A stretch of 64,000 nt of DNA from an uncultured Ruminococcus sp. GTDB lineage: Bacteria; Bacillota; Clostridia; Oscillospirales; Ruminococcaceae. How positions within the stretch are numbered: the first letter of the stretch is position 1; every line of letters begins with the position of its first letter. A program made the position numbers and the translations under genes. Shown piece after piece: positions 26,088-35,394 of this stretch. The stretch is taken from contig CAMBLM010000005.1 in the NCBI GenBank assembly GCA_945868475.1, forward strand, positions 102,117-166,116, read 5' to 3'. The notes under the pieces were generated by a model that saw nothing but the letters and a program-made list of their open reading frames with translations, was not told the DNA's origin and ran no database searches.

Positions 26088-29000
26088 AGCAGCTTTTGCT
26101 TTTTTCTTCTTTCTGACCGCTCTTGCCGAGAAAATTATCACAAGGACTATGATAATGATCACAACTGCTGTTACTGCGATGAGGAAGATATTCAATGTTT
26201 TGTATACTGCAAGTATTTCGGGTGAATTTCCGCTTGCTTCAAAGCTGAGGTAGCTGCCGATATGACGTGTTTCGGCTTTTTTCCACTCGCCGCTGCTGCT
26301 CTTGACGTATATCTCGGGGTCACGCTTGCTTTCTGCGTTGACGAGATAGCGGAGGTTATGTGTTTCGCTGTTATCGTTAGGAACAGTGAGCATCCAGCTT
26401 TCGCAAAGCTCAGTCTTATCCATAAGGAAGATGGTCGGCGGAGTCTGGTTCACATACTCGTTCTGCTGAACGGGGAGAGTATCATCTTCGGTGAAGATGC
26501 CCTCTGCGAGCCATATCGGTTTGCCGCCGTCACGGCAGTCGTTCGAGCGGACGTTCTTGATGACAGTGAAATATTCGGCTTCGATCTCCTTATCGATATG
26601 GAGATCTTCGAGTGAATCATAGTTCCACTTTGCGTAGCAGTCGTCCTTTGCGGGAATAGCGGGAAGCTCGCTTTCGTCAATGGTGTCGCCGTAGGAGAAT
26701 TCGATCTTATCGACAACGTTGTCATCTGCGATGAACTTCAATGTGAACGTGCGGAATTCCTCGGGGATATTTGGTATTGAGATGAGCTGCTGATAGGGGA
26801 TAGGCTCTGCCGCACCCTTATAGCTTGCACCGTTAAGTCCGCTGAGTTCGTCCGAAACGAAGTAGTTGCCTTCAAATTCGCCGTCGGCCGTGCCGCTTAT
26901 AGCGCCGAAGTAGGACTGGCTGTCGGTGATATCAATGAGTGAATAGCAGTTCATGACTGTATCTGCGCTTCCTGCAATGCCGCCGATGTAGTTTCTGCCC
27001 GAGAGCAGAGCTTTAGCATAGCAGCTGATGATCTTTGCGGAGGATTTGCCCGAGATGCCGCCTACATAGTCGCCGCTTTCGGAGGTGACTTTGCCGAATG
27101 CTGAGCAGTTTTTTACAACGCCGAGGCTCATCTGACCTGCGATGCCGCCTGCGCAGTTCTTCTTAGCGATAACTTCGCCGTAGTTGGTGTTCTTGATAGC
27201 GGCAGCTTTTGTTTCAAGCTTCTGATTGAGCGGCGAGTCGGTCTTGCCCGAAATATCATCTTCGGGGTCGAAGTCATATTCGATAGCCATCTGACCTGCG
27301 ATGCCGCCTATATTGAGGTCGCCGCTGATAGTGCCGTAGTTTGTGCATTTGTAGACCTTGCCGTTTTTGATCTTGTCGGTATCGACATCGGAGGTATCCT
27401 TGATATAATCCTCTTCGTCGTCGATATCGAGCATATCTGTGATGATATCACTGACAACGTAGGTCTGGTCGTTTATCTTCACGAGGTTGTCGGAAAGTGT
27501 CACGCCTGCGTTTGAAGCCTGAACATTGAGCGTATTCATGGCATCGATGAACGAAGTGAGCGAGGAGAAGAGGTTCTCCGTATCGTCCTTTATGCTGTCA
27601 TCGGGAGTGCCTATCTCGACTGTTTCAACTTCGTTGAGAAAATCGAAAAGCTCACTTGTCTGATTGGAAATATCGGTGAAAATATCAGTAGTGTTGGTGA
27701 ATGCCGTAAAAGCGTCAGAGAACAGTCCGAACGAGGAGTTCACGTCTTTTCCTGTATCGGCGGTGTTGTCAAGGATAGTATTGATGTTCTCTGTGGATTC
27801 ATCAGTGCCGTTGATAGCTTCACCGAGGGCTTTGATGCCGTCCGATGCGTCTATAAGACCGTTGTAGATCGTGTCTGAGTCGATATCAACACTGTCGGCG
27901 ATTATTTCTGCACCCGATGAGATAGTACCCATAGCGTCGGAGGCTTTGGAAATGCTGTCGGCGAGGTCGGATAATTCATTGGAGATATCCGGAGGAATAT
28001 CACCGCCGCCCGAAAGTATATCGGATATCGCATGTACAGCATCCGCAATGCCCTGAGTTGCATCGGAAAGCTCATTCAAGCCGGCCTTTATAAGCTCAAA
28101 ACCCGCAGTTGCGCCTGTAGAACCGTCCGAAGCGGAGCTGTTGAGGGAGTCGGCGACCTTTTTCAGTCCGTCACCTATCTTGGTGGAAGCATCGTTAGCT
28201 TTTTCCGAGGCTTCCTTTATTGAATCGGAGAGCTTTTTCAGCTTATCGACGGAATCATCGGTGTATTTCTGTGTTCCCGAAAGGCCGTCGAAAGCTTCGG
28301 AAAGTCTGTCAGAGCCTGTGGAAAGGCTGTTTGTGGCATCAGGTATAAGTCCTGTTATTTTGTCAAGACGTTCGATAGCATCGGAGATGACTGCGCTCGT
28401 GCGGTCGATTTCCGATGTTACATGATCGCCGTAATCGGTGAGCTTCTGCTGAATATTGTCGGCACTGTCTGTTGCGCTCTGCAAATAGCCCGATGCGCTC
28501 TCAACAGTTGAATTTATGGAGAGTGAATCATCGTTTGTTTCGTTTATTGCTGTGTCGATGAGGTTTGTGAGCTTTTCAAGCTCATCTTTCAGCTCATCCA
28601 TATTGTCGGGGTTGATGTTAACAACGAGATAAGGTTCCATCTGACCTGCAATGCCGCCGATGTCTTTCCTGCCGTTGAGTCGTCCATAGTTGCTGCAGTT
28701 TATGATAAGTCCCGAGCTTCTGCCTGCAATACCGCCGATGTTGTAGCCAACGTGGGGATAGCCGATGCTTCCGCTGTTTTCACAGCTGAATATCGTACCC
28801 GTTGAATAGCCTGCAATTCCGCCTGTATCGGTCGCAGATGAAGTTTCATCCGAGGACGATGATTTTTTTGTGTAGCTGTCAACGTCCGTGAGTGTTGAAA
28901 GGTCGATGTCTTCAAGGCTGTGCTTCTTTTCCTCGTTCGTGGTGTTGACCGAGGCTGCATTTATGCTCTGGACGATATTGCCGCTGTTGTTTCCGACAAC

Positions 29001-29573
29001 GCCGCCCGTGAATTTTTCGCCGTCAACAGTTCCTGCGGCTGTGCATTTGAGGACGGAGCCTGTTGAAGTGTTTTCGCCGACGATGCCGCCGACAGTGTTG
29101 GTCGCAGCGACTTTTCCGCTGAATTTGCAGTTGTAGATAACGCCCTTGTTCGTGCCTGCAATGCCGCCGATGGAGCTTTCGCTGCCCGACGGGCGTACAA
29201 TGCCGACAACATTAAGGTTTTTTACAGTAGCATTTTCGCTGATTATGCTGAATAGTCCGCGTCCCGTTACTCCTGTGACGGAAACGCCCTTTATGCTGTG
29301 TCCCTGACCATCGAATGTTCCGCTGAATATCGGGATAGAGGAGAAATCCTTACCGGTGAGGATTATATCCGTTGTGAGGAGGAATTCCTTGCCCTTTGAC
29401 CAGCTGTCAAGGCGGCAAAGCTTGGAAAATTCAATAAGCTCCTCCGCTGTGCTGATCTTGTATGTCTTGCTGCTTTCAGCTGCGCTCAGAGGGAGGGCGG
29501 CGACAGATGAAACAGCCAATGCAGCAGAGATGATGACCGAGAGAAAACGGCTTAATTTTCCTGTTTTTTTCAT
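26070..29573 (-). CDS. Giant membrane-anchored surface protein with two GLUG-repeat blocks flanking a long Ser/Asp/Thr-rich helical region
   Basis: The start is set at MKKTGKLSRFLSVIISAALAVSSVAALPLSA (signal peptide), with a GGAAAGGAGAG RBS. There are many GG(I/V)(A/V)G..N.G.I.NC repeats and a C-terminal TM helix with a KKKKAK tail. Confidence 0.8.
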   Translation of the reverse strand: MKKTGKLSRFLSVIISAALAVSSVAALPLSAAESSKTYKISTAEELIEFSKLCRLDSWSKGKEFLLTTDIILTGKDFSSIPIFSGTFDGQGHSIKGVSVTGVTGRGLFSIISENATVKNLNVVGIVRPSGSESSIGGIAGTNKGVIYNCKFSGKVAATNTVGGIVGENTSTGSVLKCTAAGTVDGEKFTGGVVGNNSGNIVQSINAASVNTTNEEKKHSLEDIDLSTLTDVDSYTKKSSSSDETSSATDTGGIAGYSTGTIFSCENSGSIGYPHVGYNIGGIAGRSSGLIINCSNYGRLNGRKDIGGIAGQMEPYLVVNINPDNMDELKDELEKLTNLIDTAINETNDDSLSINSTVESASGYLQSATDSADNIQQKLTDYGDHVTSEIDRTSAVISDAIERLDKITGLIPDATNSLSTGSDRLSEAFDGLSGTQKYTDDSVDKLKKLSDSIKEASEKANDASTKIGDGLKKVADSLNSSASDGSTGATAGFELIKAGLNELSDATQGIADAVHAISDILSGGGDIPPDISNELSDLADSISKASDAMGTISSGAEIIADSVDIDSDTIYNGLIDASDGIKALGEAINGTDESTENINTILDNTADTGKDVNSSFGLFSDAFTAFTNTTDIFTDISNQTSELFDFLNEVETVEIGTPDDSIKDDTENLFSSLTSFIDAMNTLNVQASNAGVTLSDNLVKINDQTYVVSDIITDMLDIDDEEDYIKDTSDVDTDKIKNGKVYKCTNYGTISGDLNIGGIAGQMAIEYDFDPEDDISGKTDSPLNQKLETKAAAIKNTNYGEVIAKKNCAGGIAGQMSLGVVKNCSAFGKVTSESGDYVGGISGKSSAKIISCYAKALLSGRNYIGGIAGSADTVMNCYSLIDITDSQSYFGAISGTADGEFEGNYFVSDELSGLNGASYKGAAEPIPYQQLISIPNIPEEFRTFTLKFIADDNVVDKIEFSYGDTIDESELPAIPAKDDCYAKWNYDSLEDLHIDKEIEAEYFTVIKNVRSNDCRDGGKPIWLAEGIFTEDDTLPVQQNEYVNQTPPTIFLMDKTELCESWMLTVPNDNSETHNLRYLVNAESKRDPEIYVKSSSGEWKKAETRHIGSYLSFEASGNSPEILAVYKTLNIFLIAVTAVVIIIIVLVIIFSARAVRKKKKAKAANTKNQ

Positions 29574-29574
29574 T

Positions 29575-32064
29575 TTAGCAGCTCTCCTTTCCGCTGTTGT
29601 CTTCCGCAAGGTTTTCTTCAAGTGCAAGTACAGCCTGTTCGTCGGCTTCGTTCCTTGCGCTGCCTGAGATCACGCTAAGATCGGCATCGCCGTCGATTGT
29701 ACCCTTGAAGATACCGTTTACCGTACCGCTGATATTGCCGCGTACAAGACCGTCAACGATGATCTTTCCGCTCGAAGAATAACGTCTGAGCTTAGTCTTG
29801 ACGGAGAACGAGGTCTTTTCGATAATGCCGCCGCCGAGAAGAAGTATCTGCGGAAGAACGAACATTACGATGATAAGTGAGATAACAGTACCTCTGCCGA
29901 GTGCCTGACCGATACCAACGATCGTAGCTTCGGAAGAAAGCTGACCGATAAGTCCGCCTGCGATAGCAAGGATACTGCCCGAGGTGATGATGGTCGGGAA
30001 GCTCAGATTCATCGTCTGAATGATAGCGTCACGGTGGGACATCTTGTTTTTAAGTTCCATATATCTTCCCGAGATAACGATAGCATAGTCGATGTTAGCA
30101 CCCATCTGAATGGAGCTTACGATAAGGTACGCCATAAAGAAGATATCCTTGTGTTCAACGGTCGGGAAAATGAAGTTGATCCAGATAACGCCCTGAATAA
30201 CGAGAATAAGGAGAAGCGGCATACCGACCGATGTAAATGTAAAGAGAAGAACAACGAGAACTACGAGGATAGAAAGAACGCTTACGACGATGTTATCAGT
30301 CTGGAACGATGTGCAGAAGTCGTAGTTCGCAGTCGAGTCACCGACGAGGTAAACATCACCGTCGGGGTAATATTTCTTTGCAATGGCACGAACTTCGTCA
30401 ATAGCACTGAATGTCGAATCACCGCTGAGAGGAAGGTCAAAGTAGATAAGCATACGGGAGAAATTTTCGCCCTGAAGCTGAAGCTTTGCATTGTTTATCT
30501 GAACATAAGCGTCATTGAGCGTATCGGTGAGGTCATCATCGAGTGTAACATAGCCTTCGTCGATCTCTTTATGTACGAAGATGAACATATCCATAAGCGG
30601 AACGCTGTAGGAAGAAATGCCGCCGACGATCTTGCCGTAATTTTCGTCATTTGCGGCGTAAGCGGCATAAGCAAGCTCCGCAACTTCAAAGTCAACATCG
30701 GAAAGCTCGGAGAACTGGCGCGGTGTGAGCCTGTCGGTGAGCATATATCCGTCGAGCGCTTCGGTGTTGGAAAGTCCGACTGCGCTGTTTACATAATCCT
30801 TGGAGGTTATCTCGTTGAGGAGAGCCTTTTCGGTTTCGTAATCACCCGTAGGAACGATGAGAGCCATCATATTCTTTGTGCCGAAGTTTTCTTTTATGAG
30901 GTTATCGGTTTCCTGCGAAATATTCGTGATAGGCGTTTCGATAGTATCATAGCTGTAAACATAAGGCGTCTTTGTTGAAAGATAACCTGCAACAGCAATG
31001 ACTCCGACGAAGATGAACGGAACGATGCCTCTTGTTGCATAAGCAAACTTTCCGACAAAATCGATCTTCGGGATAAAGCTCTTGTGGTGAGTCTTGTCGA
31101 TAAGGTTTCCGAAAAGTACAAGTATGCCCGGCATAAGTGTGAATACGGAAAGCAAGCTCAAAAGGATAGCTTTGATAAGGTTTATACCCATATCAGGACC
31201 GATCTTGAACTGCATGAAGAGAAGTGCGGCAAGACCGCCGACGGTCGTCAGCGAGCTGGAGAAAATTTCGGGTATAGATTTTGAGAGCGCGGAGATAACG
31301 GCTTCGCGTATAGGAAGCGTTTCATGCTCCTCCTTGAATCGGTTGCAGAGAATGATAGCATAGTCGATGGAAAGCGCAAGCTGGAGAACGATAGTTACCG
31401 AGTTTGAAACGAACGAGATCGTTCCGAGCAGGAAGTTAGTACCCATATTGATTATCGCGGAAGCGAGGAATGTTATGATAAGTACAGGCACTTCCGCGTA
31501 AGTCTGCGAGGTCGCAAAAAGCACAACGAGAACGACGATGCAGACAAGCACGATAACAACGTTCATTTCGCTCGCGATAAGCTCTGAGCTTTGGTCGCCC
31601 ATTGAAGTCTGAACGTAAAGATCATAGTCCGAAAGGCTTTCTTTCAGTTCGTCGAGTGCTTCAAGCGCGCGGTCGTCATCCTCGGGATAGACGAATGTTA
31701 CATCGAAAAGAGCAGTCGAGTTTACGAAATGTTCGTTTGAATCATCGAATGTGTAGGTCGAAATATCATCGTCCTTTTTGATGATCTCCTCGATCTTTTC
31801 CGCATCTTCCATAGTGACGTTTGCGGCGACTATCTTTGCCGAACCGAACGTTGTGAATTCATCCGCCATAAGGTCAAGGCCGGCTTTTGTTTCCGTTCCG
31901 TCGGGCAGGTAAGCCGTAAGGTCATTTTCGACATTTACCCAGTTCCGTGCAAAAGCCGAAAAGATGATAAGTATCGCAAAAATGAGAAAAAACAGATTGC
32001 GCTTATCAACGATAAATGTCGCAAGCTTTGTCATAAAGCTATCAGATTTAGTGTTTTCTGCCAT
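29575..32064 (-). CDS. MMPL/RND-superfamily transporter with C-terminal soluble tail
   Basis: About 829 aa counted from MAENTKS. Two 6-TM halves each carry a DYAI(I/V) motif (SIDYAIILCNRFKEE and NIDYAIVISGRYME). Confidence 0.9.
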   Translation of the reverse strand: MAENTKSDSFMTKLATFIVDKRNLFFLIFAILIIFSAFARNWVNVENDLTAYLPDGTETKAGLDLMADEFTTFGSAKIVAANVTMEDAEKIEEIIKKDDDISTYTFDDSNEHFVNSTALFDVTFVYPEDDDRALEALDELKESLSDYDLYVQTSMGDQSSELIASEMNVVIVLVCIVVLVVLFATSQTYAEVPVLIITFLASAIINMGTNFLLGTISFVSNSVTIVLQLALSIDYAIILCNRFKEEHETLPIREAVISALSKSIPEIFSSSLTTVGGLAALLFMQFKIGPDMGINLIKAILLSLLSVFTLMPGILVLFGNLIDKTHHKSFIPKIDFVGKFAYATRGIVPFIFVGVIAVAGYLSTKTPYVYSYDTIETPITNISQETDNLIKENFGTKNMMALIVPTGDYETEKALLNEITSKDYVNSAVGLSNTEALDGYMLTDRLTPRQFSELSDVDFEVAELAYAAYAANDENYGKIVGGISSYSVPLMDMFIFVHKEIDEGYVTLDDDLTDTLNDAYVQINNAKLQLQGENFSRMLIYFDLPLSGDSTFSAIDEVRAIAKKYYPDGDVYLVGDSTANYDFCTSFQTDNIVVSVLSILVVLVVLLFTFTSVGMPLLLILVIQGVIWINFIFPTVEHKDIFFMAYLIVSSIQMGANIDYAIVISGRYMELKNKMSHRDAIIQTMNLSFPTIITSGSILAIAGGLIGQLSSEATIVGIGQALGRGTVISLIIVMFVLPQILLLGGGIIEKTSFSVKTKLRRYSSSGKIIVDGLVRGNISGTVNGIFKGTIDGDADLSVISGSARNEADEQAVLALEENLAEDNSGKESC

Positions 32065-32134
32065 ACATTTTCCTTCCTTATTCAAAAAATTCTGTCATTT
32101 ATAAAAATATTTACAACTTTCCGCTTTTAGACAG

Positions 32135-32163
32135 TTGCAAAATCATTGACTATATGATATAAT
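32135..32163 (+). promoter_or_regulatory. Sigma-A-type promoter of the TetR gene
   Basis: TTGCAA, 17-nt spacer, TATAAT. Confidence 0.5.
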
Positions 32164-32260
32164 AAAAACAGAGATACATCAAGATACATATATCAAAAAT
32201 TGTCATAATGTGGACGATTTGATGATTATGTAAAATTTTATACAGAAAGGGACTGACTAT

Positions 32261-32839
32261 ATGAAATATGATCTTTCACAGAAGCTTTCAAGGGGAGCAG
32301 TCCGCACTATCAATGCTTTTACGGGAAGTATGTTTTCGCTCCTTTCCGAAAAATCGTTCGAGAGCGTTTCGGTAAACGAAATATGCCTGCGGAGCGGCTA
32401 CCCGAGGGCAACATTCTACAACTATTTCGATGATAAATACGATCTGCTGACCTGCTGCTGGATAAAACTCGCGCAGACTATAGGCTTTGACGAGTTCAAA
32501 TCATTGAGCGACAGCGGCAGAAAGGTAGATGCGCTCTATCTTTTCGCCGACAGAGTTTATGACCTTGGCTCGGCAAATCTTCCGCTTGTCCAGAAGATCG
32601 TCAGCTTCAATAACGAAACGGGGTATATGTTCACGAGTCTTAAATTCTTTATGGGCAATAAGATACGTGAAATGCTCGAAAGCGGCGCGCGTCCCGATAT
32701 CCCCGTCCCGAAAGAGATACTTGCGGCGCACCACAGCAACACGCTCATACTGGTTATGGAATATGCTTTTTCAAACCTCGAAAAATGCACAAAGGAAGAT
32801 GTCAAAAAGTATCTTGGCTATTTCCTCGGTTCGATGTGA
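32261..32839 (+). CDS. TetR/AcrR family transcriptional regulator
   Basis: 192 aa with an N-terminal HTH (VSVNEICLRSGYPRATFYNYFDDKYDLL). It is divergent from the MMPL gene. Confidence 0.85.
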   Translation: MKYDLSQKLSRGAVRTINAFTGSMFSLLSEKSFESVSVNEICLRSGYPRATFYNYFDDKYDLLTCCWIKLAQTIGFDEFKSLSDSGRKVDALYLFADRVYDLGSANLPLVQKIVSFNNETGYMFTSLKFFMGNKIREMLESGARPDIPVPKEILAAHHSNTLILVMEYAFSNLEKCTKEDVKKYLGYFLGSM

Positions 32840-33028
32840 TATACTATAATATAAATAGTTCACCGCAAATAACTTTGCTTTGTGTCGAAAAAAGGTTGCA
32901 ATTCCACGATTAAATTATACCGCCGAGAGGTGATGTTGTCAATTGACGGCATTGCAAAATCAAATGGATAAATACGGACATAATTTGGATAAAAAAGCAG
33001 ACATTTTATTATGAAAGGAAAGACGGAT

Positions 33029-33218
33029 ATGAACAAAAGGATAGTTATATCGGCACTGGCGGTTTTGTGTGCGGCAATGACAGCCTGCACAGCCACAAAT
33101 GACGGCGAAAACAACGCTTGCAGCAACTGCTGAAACGAGTGAAACTGCCTATAATAATGGTATTCTGTCCGAAAGCGGCAGGCTGATGCTTGAGTCTGCG
33201 ATCGATAATGCGAAATGA
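33029..33218 (+). pseudogene. Possible frameshifted small lipoprotein gene (or a 34-aa lipopeptide ORF)
   Basis: 33029-33133 encodes MNKRIVISALAVLCAAMTAC.TATNDGENNACSNC* (signal peptide plus lipobox). The +1 frame continues as ..AATAETSETAYNNGILSESGRLMLESAIDNAK* to 33218. Confidence 0.3.
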
Positions 33219-33241
33219 TTATAAAAATTTTATAAAAATTG

Positions 33242-33270
33242 TTGCATTTGAACGCGAATTATGGTAAAAT
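33242..33270 (+). promoter_or_regulatory. Sigma-A-type promoter of galT
   Basis: TTGCAT, 17-nt spacer, TAAAAT. Confidence 0.5.
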
Positions 33271-33305
33271 ATAAATAACTATTTCCGTCAATGGAGGACT
33301 GCACT

Positions 33306-34817
33306 ATGTCAGATAATATCCATACCGCTGTCCGCAAGCTTATATGCTATGGACTTGAAAATAACCTTATCACAGCCGAGGACAGGATCTACACAGCGAA
33401 TATGCTTATCCACAAGCTCGGCTTGGACGAGTATGACCCACCCGATGAAAACTTCTGCAATGTTGAGCTTGAACCCGTGCTTGCGGATATCCTTGATTAC
33501 GCCGTAGAAAAGGGCATCATCGAGGACAGCATCGTTTACCGCGACCTTTTCGATACAGAAATTATGGGCTGTCTTACACCACGCCCGTCCGAAGTTATCG
33601 AGAAGTTCCGCAGAACTTACCGTGAAAAGTCACCGCAGGCTGCGACCGATTTTTACTATAAATTCAGCTGCGATACCGACTATATCCGTCGCTACCGCAT
33701 CAAAAAGGACGTAAAGTGGACTACCGAAACCGAGTACGGCACACTTGACGTTACCATTAACCTTTCAAAGCCTGAAAAAGACCCGAAAGCTATTGCCGCC
33801 GCACTCAATGCAAAGCAAAGCTCCTACCCGAAGTGCCAGCTCTGCGAGGAAAATGTCGGCTATGCAGGCAGAGTAAATCACCCTGCACGTGAAAACCACC
33901 GCATTATCCCGATAAAGATAAACGGCGACCGTTGGGCACTCCAGTATTCGCCTTATGTTTATTATAATGAGCATTGCATAGTTCTTAATTGTATGCACAC
34001 TCCGATGAAGATAGACCGTGACGCTTTTGCGAAGCTTTTCGACTTCGTTGAGCAGTTCCCACACTATTTTGTCGGTTCAAATGCCGATCTCCCGATAGTC
34101 GGCGGTTCGATACTTACTCACGAGCATTTCCAGGGCGGACATTATACTTTTGCAATGGAGAAAGCACCTATCGAGGAAGAACTCCACTTCAAAGGCTTTG
34201 AGGACGTCAAGGCAGGCAGGGTAAAGTGGCCGATGTCCGTTATCAGGATTTCCTGCCGCGACTATGAGCGTCTTGTAGAGCTTGGCGATAAAATTCTCAC
34301 CGCTTGGAGAGGCTATACAGATGAAGCTTCGTTCATCTTCGCCGAAACGGACGGAGTTCCGCACAACACTATCACGCCTATCGCAAGAAAGAGGGGCAAC
34401 GACTTTGAGCTTGACCTCGTTCTCCGCAACAACATCACAACGGACGAGTGTCCGCTCGGCGTTTACCACCCACATGCAGAGCTTCACCACATCAAAAAGG
34501 AGAATATCGGTCTTATCGAAGTAATGGGACTTGCAGTTCTTCCGGCACGTCTTAAAGGCGAAATGGAAAAGCTCGCAGATACGCTCATCAATAAGGGCGT
34601 AAGCGCAGTACGCGAAGACCCTGTTCTTGAAAAACACGCAGATTGGGCAGAGGAGTTCGTTCCGAAGTATGATATCACTCCCGAAAATGTCGATGATATC
34701 ATCAAGCAGGAGATAGGTAAGGTATTTGCGAAAGTCCTCGAACACGCAGGCGTTTATAAGCGTGATGAAAAGGGCATTGCAGGCTTCAACAGATTCGTTG
34801 AGTATGTTAATAATTGA
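33306..34817 (+). CDS. galT: UDP-glucose--hexose-1-phosphate uridylyltransferase (long Firmicute type)
   Basis: About 503 aa from the ATG preceded by GGAGGA; the ORF opens at 33291. The His-x-His-x-Gln region reads ILTHEHFQGG. Confidence 0.9.
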   Translation: MSDNIHTAVRKLICYGLENNLITAEDRIYTANMLIHKLGLDEYDPPDENFCNVELEPVLADILDYAVEKGIIEDSIVYRDLFDTEIMGCLTPRPSEVIEKFRRTYREKSPQAATDFYYKFSCDTDYIRRYRIKKDVKWTTETEYGTLDVTINLSKPEKDPKAIAAALNAKQSSYPKCQLCEENVGYAGRVNHPARENHRIIPIKINGDRWALQYSPYVYYNEHCIVLNCMHTPMKIDRDAFAKLFDFVEQFPHYFVGSNADLPIVGGSILTHEHFQGGHYTFAMEKAPIEEELHFKGFEDVKAGRVKWPMSVIRISCRDYERLVELGDKILTAWRGYTDEASFIFAETDGVPHNTITPIARKRGNDFELDLVLRNNITTDECPLGVYHPHAELHHIKKENIGLIEVMGLAVLPARLKGEMEKLADTLINKGVSAVREDPVLEKHADWAEEFVPKYDITPENVDDIIKQEIGKVFAKVLEHAGVYKRDEKGIAGFNRFVEYVNN

Positions 34818-34833
34818 TTTGGAGGAAAATAAA

Positions 34834-35307
34834 ATGGTAGTAATCGAAATGGAAAACGGCAAAAAGATGAAGATTGAGCTTTATCCCGACAAAGCACCTA
34901 TCACAGTTGCAAACTTTGAAAAGCTCGTAAAAGAGGGATTCTATAACGGACTCACATTCCACAGAGTTATCCCCGGCTTTATGATACAGGGCGGCGATCC
35001 CGAGGGTACGGGAATGGGCGGCTCAAAGAATAAGATCAAGGGCGAGTTCGCTTCAAACGGCGTGAAGAACGACCTCAAGCATACAAGAGGCGTTATCTCA
35101 ATGGCACGTTCAATGATGAAGGACAGTGCAAGCTCACAGTTCTTTATCATGCATAAGGATGCACCGCACCTTGACGGTGAATATGCAGCATTCGGCAAGG
35201 TTATCGAGGGACTTGACGTTATCGATGAGATCGCAGGAGTAGAAACAGATTTCCGCGATAAGCCAACAACACCGCAGGTAATGGCTAAGGTTTATATCGA
35301 GGAATAA
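34834..35307 (+). CDS. Peptidyl-prolyl cis-trans isomerase (cyclophilin type)
   Basis: The start is set at MVVIEMENGK after a GGAGGA RBS. Motif: FHRVIPGFMIQGGDP. Confidence 0.9.
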   Translation: MVVIEMENGKKMKIELYPDKAPITVANFEKLVKEGFYNGLTFHRVIPGFMIQGGDPEGTGMGGSKNKIKGEFASNGVKNDLKHTRGVISMARSMMKDSASSQFFIMHKDAPHLDGEYAAFGKVIEGLDVIDEIAGVETDFRDKPTTPQVMAKVYIEE

Positions 35308-35312
35308 TGACA

Positions 35313-35347
35313 AACGCCGCACAATGAAAAGTTGTGCGGCGTTTTTG
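35313..35347 (+). terminator. Intrinsic terminator
   Basis: AACGCCGCACAA-loop-TTGTGCGGCGTTTTT. Confidence 0.8.
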
Positions 35348-35394
35348 CATAAAAATACCGCCGAATCAACCCGACGGTATATTTTTTACTTAAA

